Assembly (NCBI GenBank): GCA_964542745.1 | Contig: CAZIVR010000001.1 | Span: 43,041 to 107,040, forward strand | DNA: 64,000 bases | DNA from: an uncultured bacterium | Lineage (GTDB): Bacteria > Eisenbacteria > RBG-16-71-46 | Reading direction: 5' to 3' | In this document: piece after piece, positions 19,166-28,738 of the stretch | Numbering within the stretch: the first letter of the stretch is position 1 | How the letters are laid out: each line of letters starts with the position of its first letter | Made by a program: the position numbers and the translations under genes | Notes under the pieces: generated by a model | Told to the model about the DNA's origin: nothing | Seen by the model: the letters and a program-made list of their open reading frames with translations, nothing else | Databases searched by the model: none

Positions 19166-19951
19166 TCAGGCGGACCGGGAGGGCTCGGCCGCGGGGCGCC
19201 GCGCCCGGTACAGCGCGAATCCCATCGTGTCGCGCCCCCAGCGGCGGTAGAGCGCGTGCCACGAGCGGCTGCGGGCGAGGAACGCCTCGCGGTCGGGGTC
19301 GGCCGGGTGGGCCTCGAAGTGGCGCTCGATGTTCGCGGCGTAGCGGTCTTCGTACGCGTCCCACTCGGCCTCGGTGCTGGCCGCCTCGTCGAGCAGCTCG
19401 AAGCCCGCCGCGGCCAGCGCCGCGCGGTTGTCCTCGAGGGTGCCCAGTTCGTCGCGCGAGCCGCCGAAGCCGGCGAGGTACTCGGGTTCGGGTTCGCGTT
19501 TCCAGTAGCCGTGCCCGAGCAGGAGCCGGCCGCCCGGGGCGAGCCGCCGGTGGAGCGCCGCGAGCGCCTCCGGAAGCGCGCCCAGGGCGTGCGCCGAGCC
19601 CACGCACATCGCGAGGTCGAAGGTGCGGGAGCCCGCGAGCGCCGTCGCGGCCGCGCCCTCGATCCACTCGATGCCGCCGCCGGCGCCGGGCGCGCCCCCC
19701 GCCGCGGCGCGGGCGCGGGCCTCGTCGAGGAACGTTGGGTTCAGGTCCACACCGGTGCCGCGCGCGCCCCAGCGGGCGACCACCCGCACCAGCAGTTCGC
19801 CTTTTCCGCACCCCACGTCGAGCACCCGCGCGCCGGGTTCGAGTTCGAGCGCCTCCACGAAGCGGCTGAGGGTCCCGGCGCCGAGCGGGTTGCAGAAGTC
19901 GTGCGTCGCGTGGGCGAGGGTCGTGAAGCGATAGGGGTTCGCTCCGCTCAT
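19166..19951 (-). CDS. Class I SAM-dependent methyltransferase
   Basis: VLDVGCGKGELL, GVDLNP, FDLAMCVGS, LAPGGRLLLGHGYW. ATG 19951 overlaps the upstream stop (ATGA). Confidence 0.9.
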   Translation of the reverse strand: MSGANPYRFTTLAHATHDFCNPLGAGTLSRFVEALELEPGARVLDVGCGKGELLVRVVARWGARGTGVDLNPTFLDEARARAAAGGAPGAGGGIEWIEGAAATALAGSRTFDLAMCVGSAHALGALPEALAALHRRLAPGGRLLLGHGYWKREPEPEYLAGFGGSRDELGTLEDNRAALAAAGFELLDEAASTEAEWDAYEDRYAANIERHFEAHPADPDREAFLARSRSWHALYRRWGRDTMGFALYRARRPAAEPSRSA

Positions 19952-20772
19952 CGCTCCCACGCCAGGGTCGCGCCGATTCGGGCGAAGGGCCCGCCCAGGT
20001 CGAGGTCGCGTCCCGCCACGAAGTCGCGCAGCTCGTCGTCGAAGTCGAAGGCGAAGCGCGAGCCCCCCGACTGGCTCGACGCGCGGGTGCCGCTGTAGGA
20101 GAGGGGCGTCCGGTGGTGGCGCCAGCCGGCCGCGAAGCGGAGCCCGAGCGGACCGTCGCCGGCCACGACGCCGAGCTCGAGCGAGCCCGCGAAGCCGTGG
20201 CCCTTGCCGAGCGCCGTGCCGCCCGGGGCCGAGAACTGGAGCCGCGCGCTCCCCACGCCGGCCGCGGCCTGCGCGTAGGCCGACGTGCCGCGGCGCGCGC
20301 CGGGCAGCGTCCAGCGCGCGGCGACCAGCCAGGCGTTGCTGGTGGCGTCCGCCTCGGTCGGGTATTCGGCCAGCGCGCCGCCGCCCGAGGCCTCGCGCAC
20401 CGCGAACTCGGACTTGCCCGTGGGCCGGTCGTACTGGATCCCGGCGAAGAGGCCGGGCCGGAGCCTCGCGAGGATCGCGGCCTCGAACGACGTGGTGGTG
20501 GCCGGGAGGTTGGAGGTGGTGACGGCGAGTCCCGAGGCGCGCGCGCCGGACTCGAGGCTCGCCACGCCGTCGTTCCACTCGCCCATCCCGGCCCACGCCT
20601 GCTGGAGCGCGAGCTCGGCGACGAAACCGCGCGTGGCCCGCGCCTCGGCGCGCGGGGGAGGAGACGCCGGGTAGGCCGGAGGCTCGGCCGCCGTGGCTGC
20701 AGTCGGTGCGCTCCCCGCCGGGGCCGCGAAGGCGAGCGCGGCGATCGCGAACGCCGTGGCCGCGCGCCCCAA
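19948..20772 (-). CDS. Putative outer-membrane beta-barrel protein
   Basis: Signal-like RAATAFAIAALAFAAPA, then alternating amphipathic beta-strands and a C-terminal ...ARIGATLAWER. Start uncertain (TTG 20772 or TTG 20835). Confidence 0.6.
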   Translation of the reverse strand: MGRAATAFAIAALAFAAPAGSAPTAATAAEPPAYPASPPPRAEARATRGFVAELALQQAWAGMGEWNDGVASLESGARASGLAVTTSNLPATTTSFEAAILARLRPGLFAGIQYDRPTGKSEFAVREASGGGALAEYPTEADATSNAWLVAARWTLPGARRGTSAYAQAAAGVGSARLQFSAPGGTALGKGHGFAGSLELGVVAGDGPLGLRFAAGWRHHRTPLSYSGTRASSQSGGSRFAFDFDDELRDFVAGRDLDLGGPFARIGATLAWER

Positions 20773-20811
20773 AGCGCGGCGGCCACTCGCGGAGTCGCGG
20801 GTGGCCGCCGG

Positions 20812-20899
20812 GGCCGGGATTCCGGCTCGCGTCAACGGTACAGCGCTTTCATCCGGCCCCACGACACCGCGGTGGCCGGCACCGCGTCCTGGATCGAGA
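20812..20899. repeat. 88-bp perfect direct repeat, copy 1
   Basis: GGCCGGGATTCCGGCTCGCGTCAACGG...CTGGATCGAGA is identical to 21777-21864 (offset 965 bp). Confidence 0.92.
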
Positions 20900-21764
20900 C
20901 CTGGTGAACGGCGCCGCCCTCGTATCTCACATCCGCGACGTAGATCGTCGAATTGTTGAACAGAACCAGATCCAGCGGCTGCGTAAAGTTGGCTGTTCCC
21001 ATGTAAGCCAGCGCCTCGAGCCGCGTGCCCCCCGGAGCGTGGACCGAAAGCACTCCATTGACATACACGCCCCAGGAGATGGCGAAAATACGTCCCGAGT
21101 TGTCCACGTCGATGCCCCGAACGCTCGAATTGATCACGGTGGGGATGGATCCCAGCGGGACGCCGTCCTCGTTGAACTTGAATACGAGTCCGTTGACATC
21201 CCCGGCGAGATAGACCACGCCATTTCGGACCGCAAGAACGCATGCGGCGGTGGTGAGCGACCACGATGCGGTCAGCGCCCCCGTCGTGTCCCAGCGACGG
21301 ATCGTGGTCACACCGCTGTTGTTCGTGGCGATAAAAATACGATCTGCCGAACCGAGCTTGGGGGTGGACCAACCGTGGGTTCCTCTCGGCACCGGCCAAG
21401 CGCTGAGGACTCGACCGGAATCATTCATCAGGATGAGGCGGGGAAAGGCACCACCAAGGTCGAGCGTGAGGAGCCGACCATCCGACATTCTCAAAGCGCC
21501 ATGGTGGCTGGAAATCTGGTCGTCGCCCGGCCACTGAGAGGCGACGCGCGACAGGAGCAGGCTCCAGGACTCGCTGTAGCGAAACATTGCTCCGGAGTCC
21601 GTGAGCAACAGCGTTCCATCGCCGGCGTCTGCGATCGCACGGGTGTTCGTGCCCGGATAGATCGTCCGCTGGAAGTGCAGGATCTGGGCGCGCACCTCGG
21701 TCGCCGCTCCCGCGAGCGCGACGAGCAGGAGTGCGGGGATCAGGCACGCGGGGTTCGTCTTCAT
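20832..21764 (-). CDS. Secreted NHL-like beta-propeller protein with C-terminal SWGRMKALYR motif (paralog B)
   Basis: GGAG RBS before ATG 21764; MKTNPACLIPALLLVALAGAATEVRA signal; ends QDAVPATAVSWGRMKALYR. Confidence 0.8.
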   Translation of the reverse strand: MKTNPACLIPALLLVALAGAATEVRAQILHFQRTIYPGTNTRAIADAGDGTLLLTDSGAMFRYSESWSLLLSRVASQWPGDDQISSHHGALRMSDGRLLTLDLGGAFPRLILMNDSGRVLSAWPVPRGTHGWSTPKLGSADRIFIATNNSGVTTIRRWDTTGALTASWSLTTAACVLAVRNGVVYLAGDVNGLVFKFNEDGVPLGSIPTVINSSVRGIDVDNSGRIFAISWGVYVNGVLSVHAPGGTRLEALAYMGTANFTQPLDLVLFNNSTIYVADVRYEGGAVHQVSIQDAVPATAVSWGRMKALYR

Positions 21765-21776
21765 GATTCGCTCCGA

Positions 21777-21864
21777 GGCCGGGATTCCGGCTCGCGTCAA
21801 CGGTACAGCGCTTTCATCCGGCCCCACGACACCGCGGTGGCCGGCACCGCGTCCTGGATCGAGA
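21777..21864. repeat. 88-bp perfect direct repeat, copy 2
   Basis: Identical to 20812-20899; covers the last ~22 codons of paralog A plus 20 nt downstream of its stop. Confidence 0.92.
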
Positions 21865-22753
21865 ACTGGTGCACCGCGCCAAAGCCCCAGCTTCCGTCCG
21901 CGATGTAGATGGTCGAGTTGTTGACCAGCACCAGGTCGGACGGCGCCGAGAACGAGCTGCCCGTACCCGGGCGATCCAGCGCCTGGAGGCGCGTGCCGCT
22001 GGGAGCGAGGATCGAAAGCACCGCGACGCCACCCGGGCTCCCGGCGATGGCGAGGATCCGGCCCGAGGCGTCCACGTCCATGCCCTGCACGCTCGATCCG
22101 ATCACGGTGGGGACCGACCCCAGCGAGACACCGCCCTCGTTGAACTTGAAGATCTGCCCGCTGGCATCCCCGGCGAGGTAGACCACGCCGTTCCGGACCG
22201 CGAGCACGCACGCGGCGGTGTTGAGCGACCACGACGCGGTGATCGTCCCCGCGGCGTCCCAGCGGCGAACCGTGGTCACGCCGTTGGTGTTCGTGGCGTG
22301 GAAGACCTGCCCCGCCGATCCGAGTTCGGGCGTGGACATGGCGGTCAGCCCGCGCGGCACCGGCCACTCGCCGAGCCGTGCGCCGGCGTCGTCGAAGAAA
22401 ACGAAACGCGACCCGATCCATTCGCCGCCCGGCGCACCGCCGGGATCGAACGTCAGCAGGCGGCCGTCCGGCAGCCGGAGGCCGCCGATCGTGTTGACGA
22501 ACGGCTCGCCGCTCACTCCCGGCGAGTAGTTCTCGCGGGACATGAGCAGGCTCCACCCCCCGGAGTAGCGGCGAAACGTGTTGTGACTCGTGACGAGCAG
22601 CGTTCCGTCGCCGGCGTCGGCGAGCTTGCGCGCGGGAACTCCGGGCAGGATCGTCTGCTGGAAGAGCAGGATCTGGGCGCGCGCCTCGGTGGCCGCGCCG
22701 GCGAGCGCGACGAGGAGGAGCGCGGCGAGCGAAAGGGCCGGACTCGGTTTCAC
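21797..22753 (-). CDS. Secreted NHL-like beta-propeller protein with C-terminal SWGRMKALYR motif (paralog A)
   Basis: GGAGGG RBS before GTG 22753; aligns end to end with paralog B (AQILxFQxTIxPG..., WSLxTAACVLAVRNGVVYLAGD, identical tail). Confidence 0.8.
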   Translation of the reverse strand: MKPSPALSLAALLLVALAGAATEARAQILLFQQTILPGVPARKLADAGDGTLLVTSHNTFRRYSGGWSLLMSRENYSPGVSGEPFVNTIGGLRLPDGRLLTFDPGGAPGGEWIGSRFVFFDDAGARLGEWPVPRGLTAMSTPELGSAGQVFHATNTNGVTTVRRWDAAGTITASWSLNTAACVLAVRNGVVYLAGDASGQIFKFNEGGVSLGSVPTVIGSSVQGMDVDASGRILAIAGSPGGVAVLSILAPSGTRLQALDRPGTGSSFSAPSDLVLVNNSTIYIADGSWGFGAVHQFSIQDAVPATAVSWGRMKALYR

Positions 22754-22897
22754 GATTCCCTCCGGGGCTCGGGGTCGCTCGTACGGTGAACGGGGAGCCC
22801 GATTGTCGCGCTCCAAGCGCCCGGGCTCAACCGAAAAGTCCCTCGCCGCTCAACGCCCGGCGGAGTCGCCCCGGGCGTCCAACAACCTGAGGCGCGG

Positions 22898-24019
22898 CTA
22901 CTTGGCGACTTTCGTCTCGGCCGCGCGACCGCTCTCGAAATAGGCTTTCTTGAGCCGCTCCATGAGCTCGCCGCGGCGCTCGTACAGCCGGCGGGGCTTG
23001 CGCGGCGCGTGGCGGGCGAGCGCGTAGGCGGTGAGCAGCGGCAGGCCGATGGTCGAATCGGTGTAGCAGATCACCGTGCCCGGGAGCTGGTCGGGATCGA
23101 TCTTGCCCCAGCTCACCGCCTCGGCGGGTGTGGCGCCCGAGAGGCCGCCGGTGTCGGGCCGCGCGTCGGTCACGGCGAGGAAGTAGTCGTGGCCCTTCTC
23201 GGCGATGCCGAGCACTTCCTGGATCTGCGGCTCGGTCTGGAGCAGGAAGTTCTTGGGGCTCCCGCCGCCCAGGATCCACACCGCGCTCTTGCCGCCGCCC
23301 GCCTTCGCGTCCCACACGATCGCCGCGGTCTCGTTCACGTCGGCGTTCACGTCGATCAGCAGCTTCGACCCCTCGAGCGCCTTGGCCGCCACGTTCATGC
23401 CGATCGAGGAGTCGCCGGGCGACGAGGTGTAGATCGGCACCGCGTGCTCCCACGCCGCCGCCAGCAGCGAGCGGCCCTTGAGCCCGAGCTTTTCCTCGCG
23501 GGCGCGCACGTACTTGCCGCACAGGTAGTGGAACTCGGCGCTGCTCATGGTGCGCTGGAACTCGGGGGCGGCGATCACCTCGCGGAAGAACGCGTCGGTG
23601 TCGAGCAGCACCGAGTAGTCGAAGAACACGTCGTAGATGCGCACCACTTCCTTCTCGCGCAGCTCGACGTCGTCGGCCTGGTAGGTGCCCTGGTGCATGT
23701 CGAGGCCGATGCCGAAGTGGGTGTCGTGGTACAGGTTCGCGCCGGTCGAGACGATCCAGTCCACGAATCCCGCCTCGATGAGCGGGATCAGCGCGCTCAT
23801 GCCGAGGCCCGCGGGCGTGAGGGCGCCCGTGATCGAGAGCGCCACCGTCACGTCGGGCTCGAGCATGCGCTCGGTGAGGAGCCGCGCCCCCTCGCGGAGC
23901 CGAGCGCCGTTGTAGGCGAGGAACGCGCGGTCCACGAGATCGGCGGCGGTTTCCTTGCCGGTGATGGGCGGCGGGCTGATGCGGGGTCCCCGGATGTGGG
24001 GGTTCTTCTTCGGGCTCAT
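22898..24019 (-). CDS. Deoxyhypusine synthase-like protein (bacterial SpeY/homospermidine synthase type)
   Basis: [50 protein letters not shown] (catalytic Lys). Start at ATG 24019. Confidence 0.92.
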   Translation of the reverse strand: MSPKKNPHIRGPRISPPPITGKETAADLVDRAFLAYNGARLREGARLLTERMLEPDVTVALSITGALTPAGLGMSALIPLIEAGFVDWIVSTGANLYHDTHFGIGLDMHQGTYQADDVELREKEVVRIYDVFFDYSVLLDTDAFFREVIAAPEFQRTMSSAEFHYLCGKYVRAREEKLGLKGRSLLAAAWEHAVPIYTSSPGDSSIGMNVAAKALEGSKLLIDVNADVNETAAIVWDAKAGGGKSAVWILGGGSPKNFLLQTEPQIQEVLGIAEKGHDYFLAVTDARPDTGGLSGATPAEAVSWGKIDPDQLPGTVICYTDSTIGLPLLTAYALARHAPRKPRRLYERRGELMERLKKAYFESGRAAETKVAK

Positions 24020-24451
24020 GGCGGGCTCCGGTCGGACGGATCGCGGCGGCGTTCGAGTCGCGGAGAGTAGCGCGGGGGGCCGGTGGGTCCAAGCCGGGAG
24101 ACACCGCGCGAGACCCGGGCCGGCTCCCGGCCGTGGGCGCGACGCGGGTGTCGCCCGCGCCGACACTTCGGCCGGCGGGAACGGGGGCATGAACGACTTC
24201 ATCTCGGGCGGCCGGGCCCGGACGCCGGGCGATGCCCCCGGAAATCGCGGCGCCGGCCGGGCGATTCGGCGTGCGAATCGCGACGACGTCCCGGCCCGTC
24301 CCTCCCGGCACCGTGCTTGCGTTCCCGGAGGGTGAGGCGTGAATCTGCGGCCCCTCGACCCGGGGACGCGGCGTGCGCCCTCGGACACGGACGCCCGGCC
24401 GCCCTTCGCGGCGGCGAGCTTCGCAGCCTTCGACCCACTGGCGGATCCTTC

Positions 24452-27400
24452 ATGCACCTCGCGAACGCGCACCCTTCGGGACTCGGGCGGCTGGGAAATC
24501 ACGCGCGATCCCCGCGTCATTCGGCCACGACCTCGGGGCTACCGGCCGGGACCCTCGCGCTGGCCGTGCTTTTCGCAATCCTCGCGGCGCCGGCCTCGTT
24601 CGCCGACACCGTGCTCCACCGCGTCAACGTGGGAGGGGCGCCACTGGCCGCGCTCGACGCCGGGCCCGCGTGGAGCGAGGACTCGAACGCGAACCCCTCC
24701 TCGTACGTGAACTGGGCGCAGTCCGGGAACTGGTTCGGCGGCACCGACCAGCCGATGGGCGCGCCGCACCCTTCGGTGCCCGCGTACGTGCCGGCCGCGC
24801 TCTTCGACACCGAACGCTGGGACTGGGCGGACGCCGACGACCAGACCTGGGAGTTCCCGGTCCCGAACGGAACGGTGCGCGTCAACCTGCTGTTCGCCGA
24901 GGGCTGCAACTGCGCGAACTTCGCGAACGGCCGGAAATTCGACGTGGACCTGGAAGGCGCGCAGGTGCTCGACGATTTCGACCAGTTCGCCACCTTCGGC
25001 AGCTTCACGCCGGGCATGCAGACCTTCCTCGTGAACGTCGCCGACGGGGGACTCACCCTCAAGCTCCGTCACGGGCCCGCCAACGCGCCCTCGATCCGCG
25101 GCATCGAGGTGGTGCAGGTGGACGTGAGCCAGACGCTCCAGTCGTCGCGCACCTCGATCGGCTTCGGCACGGTGTTCGTGGACTCGACCTCGGGCCCGCA
25201 GGGCGTCACGCTCACCCACCTCGGCTCGGGCGGCGATCCCTCGATCACGATCACGGGCGTCTCGGTCACCGGGCCCTTCACCCACACCCTCGCGCCCCAG
25301 ACGCTGCTGCCGGGACAGAGCCGCAACTTCAACGTGAAGTTCACGCCCACGGCGGTGGGCCCGGCGAACGGCACGCTCACCGTGACCCACTCGGGCGACA
25401 ACAGCCCGATCGAGATCGCGCTCGCGGGGACCGGCGCCAACGTGCCGCCGATCGGATTCGGGAAGTCGTGGCTTCAGGGGCTGGTCGCGGCGGGCCCCAC
25501 GTCGCTCCAGTTCGGGCCGGACGGGCGGCTCTACATCGCCGAGATCAACGGCGCCATCCTCGTCGCCGACGTGGTCCGCACCGCGCCCAACGTCTATCAG
25601 GCGAGCCTCGCCCACATCCTCGACCACGTGAAGAACATCCCGAACCACGACGACGACGGCTCGCTCAACCCGAGCCTGGACACCCGCCTCGTCACCGGCC
25701 TGCTCGTGACCGGCACGCCGTCGAACCCGGTGATCTACGTGACGAGCTCGGACTCGCGGATCCAGGAGTCCGGCTTCCCCGGCTCCGACACCAACTCGGG
25801 GATCCTCTCGCGCCTGACGTGGAACGGGTCCGCCTGGGAGAAGCTCGACCTGGTGCGCGGGCTGGCGCGCTCGCAGGAGAACCACGCCTCGAACGGGCTC
25901 GCCCTCGACACCCTCACGAACACGCTCTACATCGCCTCGGGGGGCCACACCAACATGGGGGCGCCCTCGAACAACTTCTACTTCCTGCCCGAGTACGCGC
26001 TGTCCGCCGCGATCCTTTCGGTGGACCTCGACGCGATCGGCGAGACCACCTACGACCTCCCGACGCTCGACGACGAGGACCGGCCCGGAGTCAACGACGC
26101 GAACGATCCGTTCGGCGGCAACAAGGGCAAGAACCAGGCGCGGATCGTTCCCGGCGGGCCGGTCCAGGTTCACTCCTCGGGCTACCGCAACCCCTACGAC
26201 GTGGTGTGGACCGGGGCCGGGCGCCTCTACACGATCGACAACGGCCCGAACATCGCGTGGGGCGGTCCCCCGGTCGGGGAAGGGCCCGGCGACGGCTGCA
26301 CGAACGCCATCAACGAATCGAACAGCGCGACGCTGAACGACAACCTCCATCTCATTCCCGCGGCCGGCTACTATGCCGGTCATCCCAACCCGACGCGGGC
26401 CAGCGTCGCCAACACCTTCAACGCGTCCAACCCGCAATCGCCGGTCCCGGCCGGCAATCCGGCCGAGTGCGACTACCTCGAGCCGGGCGTGGACGGCTCG
26501 CTCGCGTCGTGGCCGTACTCCACCAACGGGCTCTGCGAGTACCGCGCCTCGAACCTCGGCGGCGCGCTTCAGGGCAACCTGCTCGCCGCGAGCTTCAACA
26601 ACGACGTCCAGCGCATCGTGCTGAACGCCGCGGGCGACAGCGCCGTCAGCGTGGGGGCGCTCTTCTCCAACGTCGGCAACATCCCGCTCGACATCACGGC
26701 CCAGGGCGACGAGGGGCCGTTCCCGGGCACGATCTGGGTGTGCAACCTGGGCTCGGGGCTGATCGCGGTGTACGAGCCCTCCGACTACGACGGCAACACC
26801 AGCACCTGCACCGGCGCTGACGACGACCAGCTCGACGAGGACGGCGACGGCTACAACAACGCCGACGAGATCGACAACGGCACCAGCCCGTGCTCGGCGG
26901 GGGACTTCCCGTCCGACTTCGACTCGGACTTCCTCTCCGACCTGAACGATCCCGACGACGACAACGACGGCTGGCTCGACACCGTGGACCCGTTCGCGAT
27001 CGACGCCTCGAACGGCGCCACGCCCATGCCCGTCCTGTACTCGTGGGACGCGGGCAACCCGGGCTTCGGCCTGCTCGGCGTGGGCTTCACCGGGCTCATG
27101 ACCGACAGCCTCACCGACTACCGGCTCCAGTACGACCCGGTCCAGATGACCGCGGGCGGGGCCGCCGGCAAGGTGACGATCGACAACGTGCCCGCGGGCG
27201 ACGCGCTGGGCGCGCAGAACGACCAGCGCTACGCGTTCCAGTTCGGAGTCGCCACCGACTCCACGAGCCCGGTGTTCCTGGTGCGGACCCGCGCCTCGAC
27301 CCCGTACTTCAACGGCAGCCCGCCGAGCGGCTTCCAGTCGCAGGGGCTCTACGTCGGCGACGGCGCCGACGACGACTACCTGAAGATCGCGATCGCCCGC

Positions 27401-28036
27401 GACGGCGCCGATCCCGCCATCGAGGTGGTCCACGAGGTGGACGGCGTGCCGACCTCGTTCGTGATTCCCGTGCCCGGGCTGCTCGCCGGGACGGGCGTGG
27501 ATCTCCAGTTCGTGGTGGACCCGCTGGCCGCCACGATCCAGCCGCGCTACGCCTACGCCGGTGGCCCGATCCAGAACGCCGGCGCGCCGGTCGCGCTGGT
27601 TCCGGGTTCGAAGCTGCACTCGGCGGTCGTCGGCTCGCCCGCGATGGCGGTCGGCGTCATCGCCACGTCGCGGGGCGCCACGCCGTTCGCCGCGACGTGG
27701 GAATTCATGGACGTGCTACCGATGTCGGGGGTGTCGGTCGAGGGGGCCGTCCGCCCCACGCGCGTCGCCCTCGGGCTCCCGCGCCCCAATCCGTCGCGGG
27801 GCTCGGTCGCGCTGAACCTCTCGCTCGGCTCGGCGAGCCGGGTGGAGGGCGCGGTGTTCGACGTGGCCGGCCGGCGCGTGCGGACCCTCATCCGCGGCAC
27901 GCTCGGGCCCGGCGTCCACCCGCTGCGCTGGGACGGACGCGACGACTCGGGCCGCGCCGTGGCGGCGGGCGCCTACCTCGTGCGCCTCGACGCGGGCGGG
28001 GTGGTCGAATCCCGGCGGGTGCTGATGCTGCGGTGA
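24452..28036 (+). CDS. Secreted malectin + Ig-like + GSDH/PQQ-propeller-like + Asp-rich Ca-binding repeat protein with FlgD-like CTD
   Basis: RVNVGG...VRVNLLFAE...RKFDVDLEG (malectin); IGFGTV...FTPTAVG (Ig-like); GPDGRLY...ENH...GYRNPYD (GSDH-like); DxDxDG repeats; PRPNP...DVAGRRV...WDGRDDSG. Confidence 0.8.
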   Translation: MHLANAHPSGLGRLGNHARSPRHSATTSGLPAGTLALAVLFAILAAPASFADTVLHRVNVGGAPLAALDAGPAWSEDSNANPSSYVNWAQSGNWFGGTDQPMGAPHPSVPAYVPAALFDTERWDWADADDQTWEFPVPNGTVRVNLLFAEGCNCANFANGRKFDVDLEGAQVLDDFDQFATFGSFTPGMQTFLVNVADGGLTLKLRHGPANAPSIRGIEVVQVDVSQTLQSSRTSIGFGTVFVDSTSGPQGVTLTHLGSGGDPSITITGVSVTGPFTHTLAPQTLLPGQSRNFNVKFTPTAVGPANGTLTVTHSGDNSPIEIALAGTGANVPPIGFGKSWLQGLVAAGPTSLQFGPDGRLYIAEINGAILVADVVRTAPNVYQASLAHILDHVKNIPNHDDDGSLNPSLDTRLVTGLLVTGTPSNPVIYVTSSDSRIQESGFPGSDTNSGILSRLTWNGSAWEKLDLVRGLARSQENHASNGLALDTLTNTLYIASGGHTNMGAPSNNFYFLPEYALSAAILSVDLDAIGETTYDLPTLDDEDRPGVNDANDPFGGNKGKNQARIVPGGPVQVHSSGYRNPYDVVWTGAGRLYTIDNGPNIAWGGPPVGEGPGDGCTNAINESNSATLNDNLHLIPAAGYYAGHPNPTRASVANTFNASNPQSPVPAGNPAECDYLEPGVDGSLASWPYSTNGLCEYRASNLGGALQGNLLAASFNNDVQRIVLNAAGDSAVSVGALFSNVGNIPLDITAQGDEGPFPGTIWVCNLGSGLIAVYEPSDYDGNTSTCTGADDDQLDEDGDGYNNADEIDNGTSPCSAGDFPSDFDSDFLSDLNDPDDDNDGWLDTVDPFAIDASNGATPMPVLYSWDAGNPGFGLLGVGFTGLMTDSLTDYRLQYDPVQMTAGGAAGKVTIDNVPAGDALGAQNDQRYAFQFGVATDSTSPVFLVRTRASTPYFNGSPPSGFQSQGLYVGDGADDDYLKIAIARDGADPAIEVVHEVDGVPTSFVIPVPGLLAGTGVDLQFVVDPLAATIQPRYAYAGGPIQNAGAPVALVPGSKLHSAVVGSPAMAVGVIATSRGATPFAATWEFMDVLPMSGVSVEGAVRPTRVALGLPRPNPSRGSVALNLSLGSASRVEGAVFDVAGRRVRTLIRGTLGPGVHPLRWDGRDDSGRAVAAGAYLVRLDAGGVVESRRVLMLR

Positions 28037-28159
28037 GGCGCCGAGTCCCGGTCGCCGGCGAGCGCCGCGAGCGGGGTTCCGACGGGAACATCCGTCAGCT
28101 CCAGCGGATGAGATCGGCGCATCGCGATCTCCCGGGGGTGAGCCTGGGATTGCGATGAC

Positions 28160-28738
28160 CTAGCCGTCGGCATTGACATAGGGCGGGACCTGCATGGGCC
28201 TCGTCGGGCTCGAGTTGGTCGGATTCCGACGCTTCTCTGCCCGGAAGTGCTGCTCGTCTACTTGGAACTTGAATGCTCGAGGCTGATCCTTGGCCTTGTC
28301 GAAGGCGTTGGGATCGAGCCTCAGGGCGCCGGTGCCACCCTGTGCCGGCACGGGGATCGTCATGGCATTGCCGATTCCGACGAAGGGTGGCGGCACACGA
28401 TTGCCAGCCTGGAAAAAGTAGAGCGTGTGGGCCTTGTTGTCCGAGGAAAAAAACTTCATCGTGTCCCCGTTCCGGCTGTTCATCGAGATTCCGGAGTTGC
28501 CGCCGAGGTGGTAGACGACCTCCTCTCGGGTGTAGCAACCGTGTACCAACCCGTCGCCAGTTCCCGGGACACACACCTGGTAGTAGTGCGGCAGTTGCCT
28601 TGCGCAACTCGCATGGCTCGGCTCGGTGGGTTTTTCGTTAGTGCCGCAGTTAGGGCATTTGGCCCAGCCCACTCCGAATCCGCCGCCGATGCCCACGGCG
28701 AACACGGCGAACACGAGAACAAACCTCGCAGCCTTCAT
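28160..28738 (-). CDS. Orphan secreted protein with Cys-rich N-terminus
   Basis: 192 aa; signal peptide MKAARFVLVFAVFAVGIGGGFGVGWA; CPNC...C...C...C; ATGA overlap with the kinase stop; visibly lower GC than the flanks. Confidence 0.65.
   Translation of the reverse strand: MKAARFVLVFAVFAVGIGGGFGVGWAKCPNCGTNEKPTEPSHASCARQLPHYYQVCVPGTGDGLVHGCYTREEVVYHLGGNSGISMNSRNGDTMKFFSSDNKAHTLYFFQAGNRVPPPFVGIGNAMTIPVPAQGGTGALRLDPNAFDKAKDQPRAFKFQVDEQHFRAEKRRNPTNSSPTRPMQVPPYVNADG

Noticed and set aside
19948-21399. 483-aa ORF that appears to fuse paralog B sequence to the beta-barrel protein
   Set aside because: The N-terminal part is an off-frame read of paralog B; only the region below ~20835 looks coding in this frame.
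24539-27619. 1026-aa alternative-frame ORF, and similar long shadows (4529-7387, 5014-7428, 31275-34346, 39991-42279, 48697-51504)
   Set aside because: Each overlaps a motif-bearing gene and has low-complexity composition; not credible genes.
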